Of a DNA stretch of 64,000 nucleotides, positions 17,929 to 28,523 are shown piece after piece; within the stretch, counting starts at the first letter, position 1, and the number at the start of each line of letters is the position of its first letter. Made by a program: the position numbers and the translations under genes. Location of the stretch: positions 192,481-256,480 of the forward strand of contig CAWHXM010000004.1 in NCBI GenBank assembly GCA_963833285.1, written 5' to 3'. Under the pieces are notes generated by a model, which saw only the letters and a program-made list of their open reading frames with translations, searched no databases and was not told the DNA's origin. The stretch comes from an uncultured Chloroflexia bacterium. GTDB taxonomy: Bacteria; Chloroflexota; Limnocylindria; Limnocylindrales; CSP1-4.

Positions 17929-18885
17929 TCAGCCCACCGAGACGGGCGGCCGCGCGACCGGGGCGACGAACACCTTGTCCGGTGCGAGTCGTCCCGCCGA
18001 CGCGGTGGCGATCGCGACCAGGGCGCCGTCGGGCGCCCGAAGGCGGTACTGCCCCGTCGGCTGCGGCAGGCCGGCGCTCGGTCGCACGAACTGACCACGC
18101 GCGATGGCCGCGACCTCGTCGGTCGTGAGGGTCACGACCGGGAAGCCGTCCAGGCCGGTGTCGAGCGGGCGAAGGAGCGGCACGATCCCGGCCGGTCCGT
18201 CGGCCGCGGCGGCCCGGATCTCGTCGAGCGGGGTCGCGCTGTCGAGCGTGAAGGGCCCCGAGGCGGTCCGCGTCAGCGCCCCGAGATACGCGGCGCCGCC
18301 GAGCATCGCCCCGAGGTCGCGGGCGAGCGCCCGGATGTAGGTCCCGGCGGAGCAGCCGACGTCGACGACCGCGATCGGGCGGTCCGGGTCGGTGTCGTCC
18401 CAGCTCACCAGGGTCATCGACTGGATCGTGACCTCGCGCGTCGCGAGCTCGACCGTCTCGCCCGCTCGCGCCAGCGCGTACGCCCGACGGCCTCCGACCT
18501 TGATCGCGCTGTAGGCCGGCGGTCGCTGCCAGATCGTGCCGATCAAGCCGGGGAGTGCCGCCTCGACGGCTTCGCGGGTCGGCGGCGGTCCGCCGGCCGG
18601 CGTGAGCTCCCCCTCCAGGTCGTCGGTCGACGAGGCGGCCCCGAAGCAGACCGTGGCGCGATAGGCCTTGCGATCGCCGAGGTGGTACTCGACGATCCGT
18701 GTGGCGTGCCCGAGGAAGACGGGCAGGACCCCGGCCGCGAAGGGATCGAGCGTTCCGCCGTGGCCGACCCGTTTGGTCGCCGCCAGCCGCCGCACGAGGG
18801 CGACGATGTCGTGCGAGGTCGGGCCGGCCGGCTTGGCGATGACGAGGATGCCATCCAGCCCCGGACCCAGCGACGATCGGGCCAC
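17929..18885 (-). CDS. truB: tRNA pseudouridine(55) synthase
   Basis: 318 aa. GILVIAKPAGPTSHD, VGHGGTLDPFAAGVL, and a C-terminal PUA-like domain. Confidence 0.93.
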   Translation of the reverse strand: MARSSLGPGLDGILVIAKPAGPTSHDIVALVRRLAATKRVGHGGTLDPFAAGVLPVFLGHATRIVEYHLGDRKAYRATVCFGAASSTDDLEGELTPAGGPPPTREAVEAALPGLIGTIWQRPPAYSAIKVGGRRAYALARAGETVELATREVTIQSMTLVSWDDTDPDRPIAVVDVGCSAGTYIRALARDLGAMLGGAAYLGALTRTASGPFTLDSATPLDEIRAAAADGPAGIVPLLRPLDTGLDGFPVVTLTTDEVAAIARGQFVRPSAGLPQPTGQYRLRAPDGALVAIATASAGRLAPDKVFVAPVARPPVSVG

Positions 18886-18887
18886 GG

Positions 18888-19907
18888 TCAGCGCGCCAGT
18901 TGCGCGACGAGCCGATCCGCCTCGGCCAGGACCCTGGGGCGCGCCTCGGCCAGCGGCGCCTCCACGGTGGCGCCTGCCGCCCGAGCGTGCCCGCCCCCGC
19001 CGAACCGGCCGGTGAGGACTGTGGCGTCGACGCCGCCCGGCTTCGTCCGGACCGAGACCCGCGTCTCCGGGCCTGCTTCCTTGAACAGGATCGTCACCTC
19101 GGCCGCATCGGCCTGCGACAGCAGGTCGATGATCCCCTCGGAGTGGGCGCGGTCGGCACCGCTGGCGGTCAGGTCCGCCTCGGTCATGCTCGACCAGACG
19201 ACCCGCCCGTCATCGGAGCTCTCGAGCCGATCGAGGACCATCCCGAACAGGCGCAGCTGCACGTCCGGCTTGGTGCGGTAGAGCCGGCGCGAGATGTCCG
19301 ACAACGGTGCTCCAGCCTCGACCAGGGCTGCCGCGACGACGAGCGTCCGGGGAGTCGCATTCGAGTGGGCGAAGGTGGCGGTGTCCATGACGATGCCGGC
19401 CATCAGCGCCGCTGCCAGCCCGCCCGCGTCGGAGTCGAGGGGGACGCCGAGCCGGGCCGCGAGGAGGGTCACCATCTCGCACGTTGCCGCGGCGCGAGGG
19501 TCGATCCAGTCGGTCGCGCCGTCGGCGTCGTTCGATGCGTGGTGGTCGAGGATCACCCGCGGCAACCGCGCGAACAGCTCCGCGTGGCGGTCGGCGACGT
19601 CGCCGATCCGTTCGAGCGAGCCGCAGTCGGAGATGACCACGAGGTCGTACGGCGCGGCCGGATCCGGGTCGGTCCGGAAGCGCTCGACACCGACGATGAA
19701 GTCGTACAGCGGCGGGACCGGGTCGGTGCAGACCGGATCGGCCATCCCGCCGTTGGCCTCGATCAGCCGCACGACGCCCAGCGTCGCCCCCAGCGTGTCG
19801 GCATCGGGGTTCTCATGACCGACCGCCAGCACGCGTCGTGCTCCTCGCAGGCGATCGACGACGACCTGCGGGACTGCGTCGAGGTATGGGCCAAGGTCGA
19901 CCGTCAC
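18888..19907 (-). CDS. nrnA: DHH-family phosphoesterase (NrnA-like oligoribonuclease/pAp phosphatase)
   Basis: 339 aa. GHENPDADTLGA, DHHASN, and DHHA1 motif FGGGGHARAAG. GTGA overlap with the rbfA stop. Confidence 0.88.
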   Translation of the reverse strand: MTVDLGPYLDAVPQVVVDRLRGARRVLAVGHENPDADTLGATLGVVRLIEANGGMADPVCTDPVPPLYDFIVGVERFRTDPDPAAPYDLVVISDCGSLERIGDVADRHAELFARLPRVILDHHASNDADGATDWIDPRAAATCEMVTLLAARLGVPLDSDAGGLAAALMAGIVMDTATFAHSNATPRTLVVAAALVEAGAPLSDISRRLYRTKPDVQLRLFGMVLDRLESSDDGRVVWSSMTEADLTASGADRAHSEGIIDLLSQADAAEVTILFKEAGPETRVSVRTKPGGVDATVLTGRFGGGGHARAAGATVEAPLAEARPRVLAEADRLVAQLAR

Positions 19908-20446
19908 CGCGAGCTCTTTCGCGACGCGTGGCGCGACGACTTGCGCGGCCCCGCCGAGCGCGAGGCCGTCCGGTGATCGCGCTGCCGCGGCGGGATCGGC
20001 GGTCGTACCGCCGAGGGCGGCTCGTCATCGAGATCCTCGGGTTGATGGAGTCGCGCGACCGGCGTCGGGAGCGACTCGGCGACCGGGACGTCGGGGTCGG
20101 GGACGGAGCCGGTCTCGATGTCCGCGAGCAGCCGGAGGATGCGCGTCCCGCGCTCGGCGGTGTCGTCGAGCTGGACGTGCAGGTCGGGGATGCGCCGGAT
20201 CCGCAGCCGCGTCCCGAGTTCGTGGCGGATGAACGGCATCGCGTGGCGGAGCGCCGCGACCGCGGCGTCGCGCTCGGCGGGCTGGCCGATGACGCTGACC
20301 CAGACCTTGGCGTGGCGCAGGTCCGGCGTCGTCTCGACCGACGTGATGGTCGCGAACCCGACGCGCGGATCCGCGACCTCTTTGGCGATGATCGCCCCGA
20401 TCTCCTGCCGAAGCAGCTCATCGACCCGTTCGGTGCGCTGGCTCAT
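19904..20446 (-). CDS. rbfA: ribosome-binding factor A with basic/Pro-rich C-terminal tail
   Basis: ATG 20446. [52 protein letters not shown]. The upstream part of the track ORF is junk. Confidence 0.9.
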   Translation of the reverse strand: MSQRTERVDELLRQEIGAIIAKEVADPRVGFATITSVETTPDLRHAKVWVSVIGQPAERDAAVAALRHAMPFIRHELGTRLRIRRIPDLHVQLDDTAERGTRILRLLADIETGSVPDPDVPVAESLPTPVARLHQPEDLDDEPPSAVRPPIPPRQRDHRTASRSAGPRKSSRHASRKSSR

Positions 20447-20462
20447 CGAACCCGGTCTATGT

Positions 20463-22353
<1,891 letters not shown>

Positions 22354-22367
<14 letters not shown>

Positions 22368-22680
22368 GGGCTCCTCCTTCGATGGTCGTAGTCGTGTTGG
22401 TGAGGCCCCCGGCCAGCGCCGTGCGCAGGTCGGCCGGGAGCGGTGTGGTCAGCGCCCGGCTGAGAGCGCGCTTGGCGATCGCCTTGTCGAGGCATTCGGC
22501 GGTTCGGCAGATATAGGCGCCACGACCGGGCGCCCGGCCCGACTCGTCGAGGATGACCTCGCCGCTCGGCGTCCGGACGACGCGCATGAGGTCGCGCTTC
22601 GGACGGACCGTCCGGCACGCGACGCAGGATCGATTGGGGACGCGCCGTGGGGCGAACGTCCGTTCCGCCCGGCCTACGAC
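22354..22680 (-). CDS. ylxR: YlxR (DUF448) family RNA-binding protein; start codon unresolved
   Basis: Conserved core RSCVACRTVRPKRDLMRVVRTPSGEVILDESGRAPGRGAYIC. There is no ATG/GTG/TTG in frame for >100 codons upstream of the core. The 5' limit is set at the first codons after the GGGGAGG SD. Confidence 0.75.
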
Positions 22681-24074
22681 GCCACCTCCCCGGATGGCAC
22701 GGCCGTCTTCTTCGACGCGCGCTTCGGCTTGGTAGCGGGCTCGACCGCGGCCTCGACCGCGGCCTCGGGTGGCGTGACGTCGGCGTCCGCGGTCGCGGCG
22801 GCCTTGGCGGCCTTCGTGGTCGCGGTGGCCGTCGTGGTCGCCTTGGCCTTCGTGGTCGCGGTGGCCTTGGCGGTCCCGGTCGCCTCGCTGGCCTCGGCGG
22901 CCTCGGTCGCTGCCTTGCTGGTCACGCGCTTCGGCATCGGGGCCGGGGCAGCGGTCGCCGCGGCGTCGGACGCCTCGGCCGGCGACTCGACGGCGGCCTC
23001 GGACTCGGTCGCCGCGTCGGCCGCCGCGGCCTTCGCCTCGGCGACGGAGACGTCGCTGCGGATGTCGATCCGCCAACCGGTCAGACGGGCGGCCAGCCGC
23101 GCATTCTGTCCCTCTCGGCCGATGGCCAGCGACAGCATCCGCTCCGGGACGGTGACGCTCGCGATGCGGTGCTCCTCGTCGATGTCGACGGAGATGACCT
23201 GCGCAGGGCTCAGCGCGTTCGCAACGAACAGGCTGGCGTCATCGCTCCACGGGATGACGTCGATCTTCTCCCCGGACAGCTCGGCGACGACGGCCTGGAC
23301 CCGCGCCCCGCGCTGGCCGACCGTGGCACCGACCGGATCGAGGCCGTCCTGGCGTGAGGCGACGGCCACCTTGGACCGGCTGCCTGCTTCGCGGGCGATC
23401 GCCTTGATCTCGACCGTGCCGCTGTGGATCTCCGGGACCTCGAGCTCGAACAGGCGCTTGAGGAACCCCTTGTGCGTCCGGCTGACGAAGATCTGCGGGC
23501 CTTTGGTGGAGCGCCGGACCTCGAGCACGAACGCCTTGACGTTCTGGCCGATCCGGTAGTGCTCGAGCGCGGACTGCTCGGTGGTCGCCAGGATCGCCTC
23601 GACGTTCTTGCCGACGTCGAGGATGATCGCGCGCGGCTCGACCCGATTGACCGTGCCCGTGATGAGCTCGCCCTCGCGGCTGGCGAACTGGTCGAAGACC
23701 TGGTCGCGCTCGACCTCGCGGATGCGCTGGAGGACGATCTGCTTGGCCGTCTGGGCCCCGATGCGCCCGAACACGTCGCCGTCGAGCTGCTCGGTCTCTA
23801 CGAGGTCGCCGAGGTCGGCGCCCGCGTCGTAGGCACGGGCCTGCTCGACGGTCATCTCGGTGAACTCGTCCTCGATCTCGCCGACGACGCGGCGCGCGCG
23901 AAAGACCCGGATCTTGCCGGTCTCGGCATCGATCCGGACATGGATATCCTCGTCGCCGGCCACGCGCCGGTAGGCCGACTGGATGCCGTCCTCGACCGCT
24001 CCGATCAATTGCTCGCGCGAGATCTGCTTTTCGGCGTTGAGCTGGAGGAGGGCACCGACGAAGTCTCGACTCAC
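22674..24074 (-). CDS. nusA: transcription termination/antitermination factor NusA with ~120-aa A/T/K/E-rich tail
   Basis: GTG 24074 lies 5 nt after GGAGG. S1 and KH modules are visible (VTGTVNRVEPRAIILDVG, AIGREGQNARLAARLTGWRIDI). The track ORF begins 30 nt further upstream. Confidence 0.93.
   Translation of the reverse strand: MSRDFVGALLQLNAEKQISREQLIGAVEDGIQSAYRRVAGDEDIHVRIDAETGKIRVFRARRVVGEIEDEFTEMTVEQARAYDAGADLGDLVETEQLDGDVFGRIGAQTAKQIVLQRIREVERDQVFDQFASREGELITGTVNRVEPRAIILDVGKNVEAILATTEQSALEHYRIGQNVKAFVLEVRRSTKGPQIFVSRTHKGFLKRLFELEVPEIHSGTVEIKAIAREAGSRSKVAVASRQDGLDPVGATVGQRGARVQAVVAELSGEKIDVIPWSDDASLFVANALSPAQVISVDIDEEHRIASVTVPERMLSLAIGREGQNARLAARLTGWRIDIRSDVSVAEAKAAAADAATESEAAVESPAEASDAAATAAPAPMPKRVTSKAATEAAEASEATGTAKATATTKAKATTTATATTKAAKAAATADADVTPPEAAVEAAVEPATKPKRASKKTAVPSGEVAS
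22740..22866 (-). repeat. short tandem/direct DNA repeats encoding the Ala/Thr/Lys tail of NusA
   Basis: ctcgaccgcggc x2 (22740..22763). The 22-mer ggccttcgtggtcgcggtggcc occurs at 22809 and 22845 (36-bp period). Confidence 0.7.
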
Positions 24075-24115
24075 GATGACCTCCGTTCGCTGTGCGTTGT
24101 TCAACGGCGACGCTC

Positions 24116-24142
24116 AAAAAGAAACGTGGGGGTCACCCACGT
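24116..24142 (-). terminator. canonical intrinsic terminator in the nusA leader
   Basis: Minus strand ACGTGGG-tgacc-CCCACGT followed by TTCTTTTTG. It lies about 45 nt upstream of the nusA GTG and downstream of a TATACT -10. Confidence 0.6.
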
Positions 24143-24168
24143 CGCGGAGCGGCCGTTCAGTTCGCAAA

Positions 24169-24177
24169 AGTATACAC
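24169..24177 (-). promoter_or_regulatory. -10 promoter element (gTGTATACT) upstream of nusA
   Basis: Minus-strand GTGTATACT about 95 nt upstream of the nusA start, between the IS end and the leader terminator. Confidence 0.4.
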
Positions 24178-24216
24178 CCGGGAGCGTGGACGGCTCAACG
24201 GGTGGGTCCGGCGCAG

Positions 24217-25498
24217 TGGCGTAGCGTGTCTTGTGGGGTTTCGAATCGAGGGGGCGTACAACTTCAGGTGATTGCGACACCAAAGGAGTACGCCCGATGG
24301 CAACTGTACCCGCCCTGACCGAGCGCACCGAGGCGCAGCGCTGGCTGGAGGTCCGCGATGACGAGGGACTGTGGGGTGACCTGCGCCCGGAGCTGCGCGA
24401 GGCGGTCCGCGTGATCCTCGAGACGACCATGGAGGACGAGCTGGCGGCCGAGCTCGTGGCGGCCCGCTACGAACGCACGCCGTGGCGGACCGATACCCGC
24501 AACGGCGCCTACCACCGGACGCTCGTGACCGAGCTCGGGGCGATCATCGACCTGCGCGTCCCGCGCCGGCGACTCGTCCCCTATCGACCATCGTTCCTGG
24601 TCAGCGCCGCGCGCCGGACGACGACCGTCGACCGCGTCCTGCGCCAGGCGTTCCTGCGCGGGCTGTCGACGCGCGAGACGGCGGCGCTGGCCGAGACCCT
24701 GACCGGGGTGACCCTGTCGGCGACCGCCATCAGCCGGCTCACCCGGCAGCTCGACGAGCAGGTCGCCGCCTTCCATCGCCGACCGATCACGTTCGCCGCC
24801 CGCTACCTCCTCGTCGACGGGCTGTGGGTCTCGGTCCGAGCCAGCGCCCGGGCCAAGCGGCGGGTCGTGCTCGCGGCCTACGGCATCGACGAGACCGGCC
24901 GCCGGGAACTGCTCGACTATCGTCAGGCGGCGTCCGAGTCGAGCGCCGAGTGGACCCGCTTCCTCGGCTCGCTGGTGGCCCGCGGACTCGACCCCGAGAC
25001 GGTCCGCCTGGTCACCGCCGACGGGGCCGATGGGATCGCCGCCGCGGTCGCCGAGGTCTTTCCGGCCGCCGACCTGCAGCGCTGCTGGACGCACCGCATC
25101 CGGAACCTCCTCGACGCCGTCCCGCTCGCCGAGCGACGCGCCTGCCTGGTCGGGCTGCGGGCCATCTATCGGGCCCGCACGCGACGAGCCGCGGTCGCCG
25201 CCTACTGGCGCTGGGCGACCCGCTGGCGAGCCCGCCATCCGATCCTGGTCCGTCGCCTCGAGGCCGACCTCGACGACCTGCTCGCGGTGTTCGCCCTGCC
25301 GGAGCCGATCCGGCGCAGCCTGCGCACGACGAACCTCATCGAACGCGCCTTCCGCGAGCTCCGCCGGCGACTCCGGCCGATCGGTGCGCTGGCCGACCGG
25401 CGCTCAGCCGACCGGATTCTGTATGGCCAGGTGATCAGGCTCAACGAGCTCCTGGTCCGACGCCCCCTCGCCACATTCACACAAGAGACTTGACGTCA
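24217..25498 (+). mobile_element. IS256-family insertion sequence (~1.28 kb), apparently intact; ends approximate
   Basis: Imperfect terminal inverted repeats. Left: TGGCGTAGCGTGTCTTGTGGGG..CGAGGGGGCGT. Reverse complement of right end: TGACGTCAAGTCTCTTGTGTG..CGAGGGGGCGT (~28/41 matches with a 2-nt gap). The right IR covers the transposase stop, as is usual in this family. Confidence 0.75.
24297..25493 (+). CDS. IS256-family (Mutator-type) DDE transposase
   Basis: 398 aa from the ATG 7 nt after AAGGAG. YERTPWRTDTRNGAYHRTLVTELG, LLVDGLWVSV, VTADGADGI..AVAEVFPAADLQRCWTHRIRN, TTNLIERAFRELRRR. Confidence 0.9.
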   Translation: MATVPALTERTEAQRWLEVRDDEGLWGDLRPELREAVRVILETTMEDELAAELVAARYERTPWRTDTRNGAYHRTLVTELGAIIDLRVPRRRLVPYRPSFLVSAARRTTTVDRVLRQAFLRGLSTRETAALAETLTGVTLSATAISRLTRQLDEQVAAFHRRPITFAARYLLVDGLWVSVRASARAKRRVVLAAYGIDETGRRELLDYRQAASESSAEWTRFLGSLVARGLDPETVRLVTADGADGIAAAVAEVFPAADLQRCWTHRIRNLLDAVPLAERRACLVGLRAIYRARTRRAAVAAYWRWATRWRARHPILVRRLEADLDDLLAVFALPEPIRRSLRTTNLIERAFRELRRRLRPIGALADRRSADRILYGQVIRLNELLVRRPLATFTQET

Positions 25499-25794
25499 GC
25501 GGCCGGCGCCGGACTGTTCGCGACGCGCACGAGGCTTGACCGTGAGCCGCTTCCCCGCGCCGCGGCCCGAGATCCGCGGCCCGAGCCGCAGCCCAGCCGC
25601 TGGAACGGAGGCGACCCATCGAACGGAGATCCTCGGCTTCCGACGCGGGTCGGCCCGTTGATGTGCCATGGGACACCCGATCTCGCCCTTGGAGCCACCC
25701 GCGTCGCGGTCCTTCGTCGGATGGCTCGCCGGCGATCCGGGTCGTTCAACGGGCGCCCATCGGCTGGCTCCCCAACAAGCTGGATTGATACCCG

Positions 25795-26172
25795 ATGCTC
25801 GAGTTCGATCGATCCTGGACCGTCACCCTGGACGGCATCCCGCATACCGTGCGCATCGAGTACGCGGCGATGTTCGGCTGGATGTCCATCTTCATCGACG
25901 GAGTCCGCGTCGCGCGCCGCTGGCGCGAATGGCAGTCCGTGTGGGGCGGGGCCGAGGTTTCGTGCACCGTGGATGGCCATCGCCTTGATGCTCGGGTCAC
26001 GCAGCCCTACGGGCGCCAGGAATATTCGTTCGCTCTCCGGGTCGATGGCGCGCTTCAACCAGGGAGCGACGACCTGCCGCCACCTCGGGCCGTCAAGCGG
26101 AACACGATCGTTGCCTTGGGCGTGCTTGCGCTCGTTGTCGCGGTCTTCACGCTGGTGGTGCAACTTCGGTAG
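25795..26172 (+). CDS. hypothetical small protein with C-terminal transmembrane anchor
   Basis: 125 aa. A beta-rich N-terminal part ([32 protein letters not shown]) and a C-terminal TM helix [18 protein letters not shown]. Codon usage looks like coding but GC is somewhat lower. No clear SD. Confidence 0.55.
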   Translation: MLEFDRSWTVTLDGIPHTVRIEYAAMFGWMSIFIDGVRVARRWREWQSVWGGAEVSCTVDGHRLDARVTQPYGRQEYSFALRVDGALQPGSDDLPPPRAVKRNTIVALGVLALVVAVFTLVVQLR

Positions 26173-27409
26173 GCGCGTCCACCGGCGGGAACCGCTGCGC
26201 CACGTACCCCTCGAGGATCTCGATGAACTCGGCCACCAGCCCGTCGCCACGCAACGTACGATCGAGGCGGCCGTCGATGAATACCGGTGCGACCGGCTCC
26301 TCGAAGGTACCCGGCAGGCTGATCCCGATATCCGCGTGCTTCGACTCGCCAGGCCCGTTCACGACGCAACCCATGACCGCGACGCGGAGGTCCTCGGCGC
26401 CTGGGTGGGTCTCGCGCCAGACGGGCATCTGCTCCTTGAGGTGGGCCTGGATCTGCTGGGCCATCTCCTGGAAGAAGGTCGAGGTCGTGCGGCCGCAGCC
26501 GGGGCAGGCCGAGACCTGCGGCAGGAACGAGCGGAGACCGAGCGACTGGAGGACCTGCTGGGCGATCTCGACCTCACGCTCGCGGGGTGCGCCCGGCTCG
26601 GGGGTGAGCGAGACCCGGATCGTGTCGCCGATCCCCTCGTTGAGCAGGATCGCGAGGCCCGCGGTCGAGCCGACGACGCCCTTGTCGCCCATGCCGGCCT
26701 CGGTCAGGCCGAGATGCAGGGGGTAGTCGCTCCGTGCGGCCAGCAGGCGATAGGTGTCGACCAGGTCGCGCACGCCCGACACCTTCGCCGACAGGATGAT
26801 CCGGTCGTGGCGCATCCCGGTCGACTCGGCCAGCTCGGCCGATCGCATCGCCGACTCGAGCATCGCGTCGATCATGACGTCACGGGCATCGCGCGGAACG
26901 TCGGCTCGTGCGTTGCTGTCCATCAGCTCGGTCAGGATGGCCTGGTCCAGCGAGCCCCAGTTGACCCCGATCCGGACCGGCACCCCGTTGTCATTGGCGA
27001 TCCTGATGATCGTCGTGAAATGCTCGTCGTGGCGCTTCGCGCCGACGTTTCCGGGGTTGATCCGGTACTTGGCGAGCGAGGCGGCCATCTCCGGGTAATC
27101 GGCGAGGAGCTTGTGCCCGTTGTAGTGGAAGTCGCCGACGATCGGCACGTCCACGCCGAGCCCGCGGACCTTGCGGACCATCTCCGGGACGGCGGCCGCG
27201 GCCTCGTCCGAGTTGACCGTCACGCGAACGAGCTGCGAGCCGGCATGCGCGAGGCGCGCGACCTGGATGGCCGTTGCGTCGGCGTCGGCGGTGTCGGTGT
27301 TGGTCATCGACTGGACGACGACCGGGTGGGCCGAGCCGACTAGCACGCCGCCGACGTCGACGCTGACTGTCGGGCGACGTCGCGGCCGAAGGGCGTCCGG
27401 GGAGCTCAT
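26147..27409 (-). CDS. ispG: 4-hydroxy-3-methylbut-2-en-1-yl diphosphate synthase
   Basis: 420 aa. [26 protein letters not shown] cluster motif. Confidence 0.95.
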   Translation of the reverse strand: MSSPDALRPRRRPTVSVDVGGVLVGSAHPVVVQSMTNTDTADADATAIQVARLAHAGSQLVRVTVNSDEAAAAVPEMVRKVRGLGVDVPIVGDFHYNGHKLLADYPEMAASLAKYRINPGNVGAKRHDEHFTTIIRIANDNGVPVRIGVNWGSLDQAILTELMDSNARADVPRDARDVMIDAMLESAMRSAELAESTGMRHDRIILSAKVSGVRDLVDTYRLLAARSDYPLHLGLTEAGMGDKGVVGSTAGLAILLNEGIGDTIRVSLTPEPGAPREREVEIAQQVLQSLGLRSFLPQVSACPGCGRTTSTFFQEMAQQIQAHLKEQMPVWRETHPGAEDLRVAVMGCVVNGPGESKHADIGISLPGTFEEPVAPVFIDGRLDRTLRGDGLVAEFIEILEGYVAQRFPPVDAPTEVAPPA

Positions 27410-27416
27410 CGAGCGA

Positions 27417-28523
27417 TCAGGTCCCCCCGCCGAGACCGCGCGCGATGTCGAAGGTCGTGATCCAGATGATGAAGGCGAACAGGAACACGAAGCCGACCAT
27501 GTAGGTGAGCTGCTCGGCCCGCACGCTCATCCGTGCGCCGAGGAACCGCTTGAGCGTGATCATCAGCATGCGGCCACCATCGAGCGGCGGGAACGGGAGG
27601 ATGTTGACGACCGCCAGGTTGGCCGACAGCACCCCGGCGACCCAAAGCGTGAACAACGGTCCGAGCTGCCAGAAGATGTCGCCGATCTGGGTGGCGATGC
27701 CGACCGGGCCCTGGACCGGTGGCGCCTCGGTCGGGCGGTTGACGATCGATTCGGCGAGCGCACCGAGCCCGCCGACGATCAGCCCGAGCGCGTCGACGGT
27801 GCGCTGCGCGCCGATCCGGACCGCCTCGCCGACGCTGTAGTGGAGCGGATCCGGCAGAACGGCCGCCGTGGACCGTTCGATGCCGAGCGCGCCGTGCTGC
27901 GCGTCGATCTCGCTCTCTTGGCGCAGCGTCACCGCGACCTGCCCGATGGTCCCGTCCGTCGCCGACTTGACGCCGAGCATGACGGTCTCGCCGGCGTGCG
28001 AGCGCAGGTCGAGCAGCGGCGAGACCCGGTCGAACGCCACGTACGTCTTGCCGTCGATGGTGACGATCGTGTCGCCCGCGACGATCCCGGCCGCCGCTGC
28101 GGGCGAACCTGCCTGGACACCACCGACCTGGACGCCGACCGCCGGATCGCCATACAGCGCGATGCCGGTGAAGATCGCGAAGGCGAGCAGCACGTTCATG
28201 GCGACGCCCGCGACGAGGATGACCATCTTGGTGAGGTAGCGCTGCGCCGAGAACGAGCTCGGGTCGTCGGCGTCGGTGCCGTCCTCGCCCTCGAGCTTCA
28301 CGAAGCCGCCGATCGGCAGCCAGTTGAGCGTGTAGACGGTCGCGCCGTCGCCCTTCGAGCGCAGGACCTTCGCTCGCGGCGGGAACCCGATCCCGAACTC
28401 GAGCACGCGGACGCGGAACGCCCGGGCCGTGAAGAAATGGCCGAGCTCGTGGATCACCACGAGGATGCCGAGGATCAGGATGAACAGGACGATCGTGACG
28501 ATCGACTGGAAGAAACCGGTCAC
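27417..28523 (-). CDS. rseP: RIP metalloprotease RseP (site-2 protease, M50) with PDZ domain
   Basis: GTG 28523 in a GTGA overlap with the restored dxr stop. [12 protein letters not shown] ([20 protein letters not shown]), [11 protein letters not shown]. Confidence 0.92.
   Translation of the reverse strand: MTGFFQSIVTIVLFILILGILVVIHELGHFFTARAFRVRVLEFGIGFPPRAKVLRSKGDGATVYTLNWLPIGGFVKLEGEDGTDADDPSSFSAQRYLTKMVILVAGVAMNVLLAFAIFTGIALYGDPAVGVQVGGVQAGSPAAAAGIVAGDTIVTIDGKTYVAFDRVSPLLDLRSHAGETVMLGVKSATDGTIGQVAVTLRQESEIDAQHGALGIERSTAAVLPDPLHYSVGEAVRIGAQRTVDALGLIVGGLGALAESIVNRPTEAPPVQGPVGIATQIGDIFWQLGPLFTLWVAGVLSANLAVVNILPFPPLDGGRMLMITLKRFLGARMSVRAEQLTYMVGFVFLFAFIIWITTFDIARGLGGGT

Noticed and set aside
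16420-19281. 953-aa plus-strand ORF. Similar giants occur at 24482..27343, 44362..46476, 44822..47503, 46501..49359, 8498..10597, 11333..13591, 13652..15745, 29144..31402 and 54722..56806
   Set aside because: All are shadows opposite to, or out of frame with, clearly recognisable conserved minus-strand genes (ribF/truB/nrnA, ispG, ftsY/smc, rnj, asd/pnp, cdsA/uppS, recG). Their composition is dominated by R/P/G/A/D and they carry no recognisable motifs.
22740-22866. Repeated 12-22-bp units near the nusA 3' end (and 1955..1999, 37381..37428) as possible CRISPR-like arrays
   Set aside because: The units are contiguous tandem repeats without unique spacers. Two sets lie inside coding low-complexity regions and there are no cas genes.
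24208-25509. 7-bp direct repeat CCGGCGC on both sides of the IS as a target-site duplication
   Set aside because: The copies do not abut the inferred inverted-repeat termini symmetrically. The right copy is part of a CCGGCGCCGG palindrome, and such GC-only 7-mers are frequent by chance in this genome.
24075-25794. Search for a rimP gene or remnant between nusA and ispG
   Set aside because: None of the minus-strand frames I translated shows RimP-like sequence, so I report absence only. It cannot be proven without an HMM search, and rimP may sit elsewhere in the genome.
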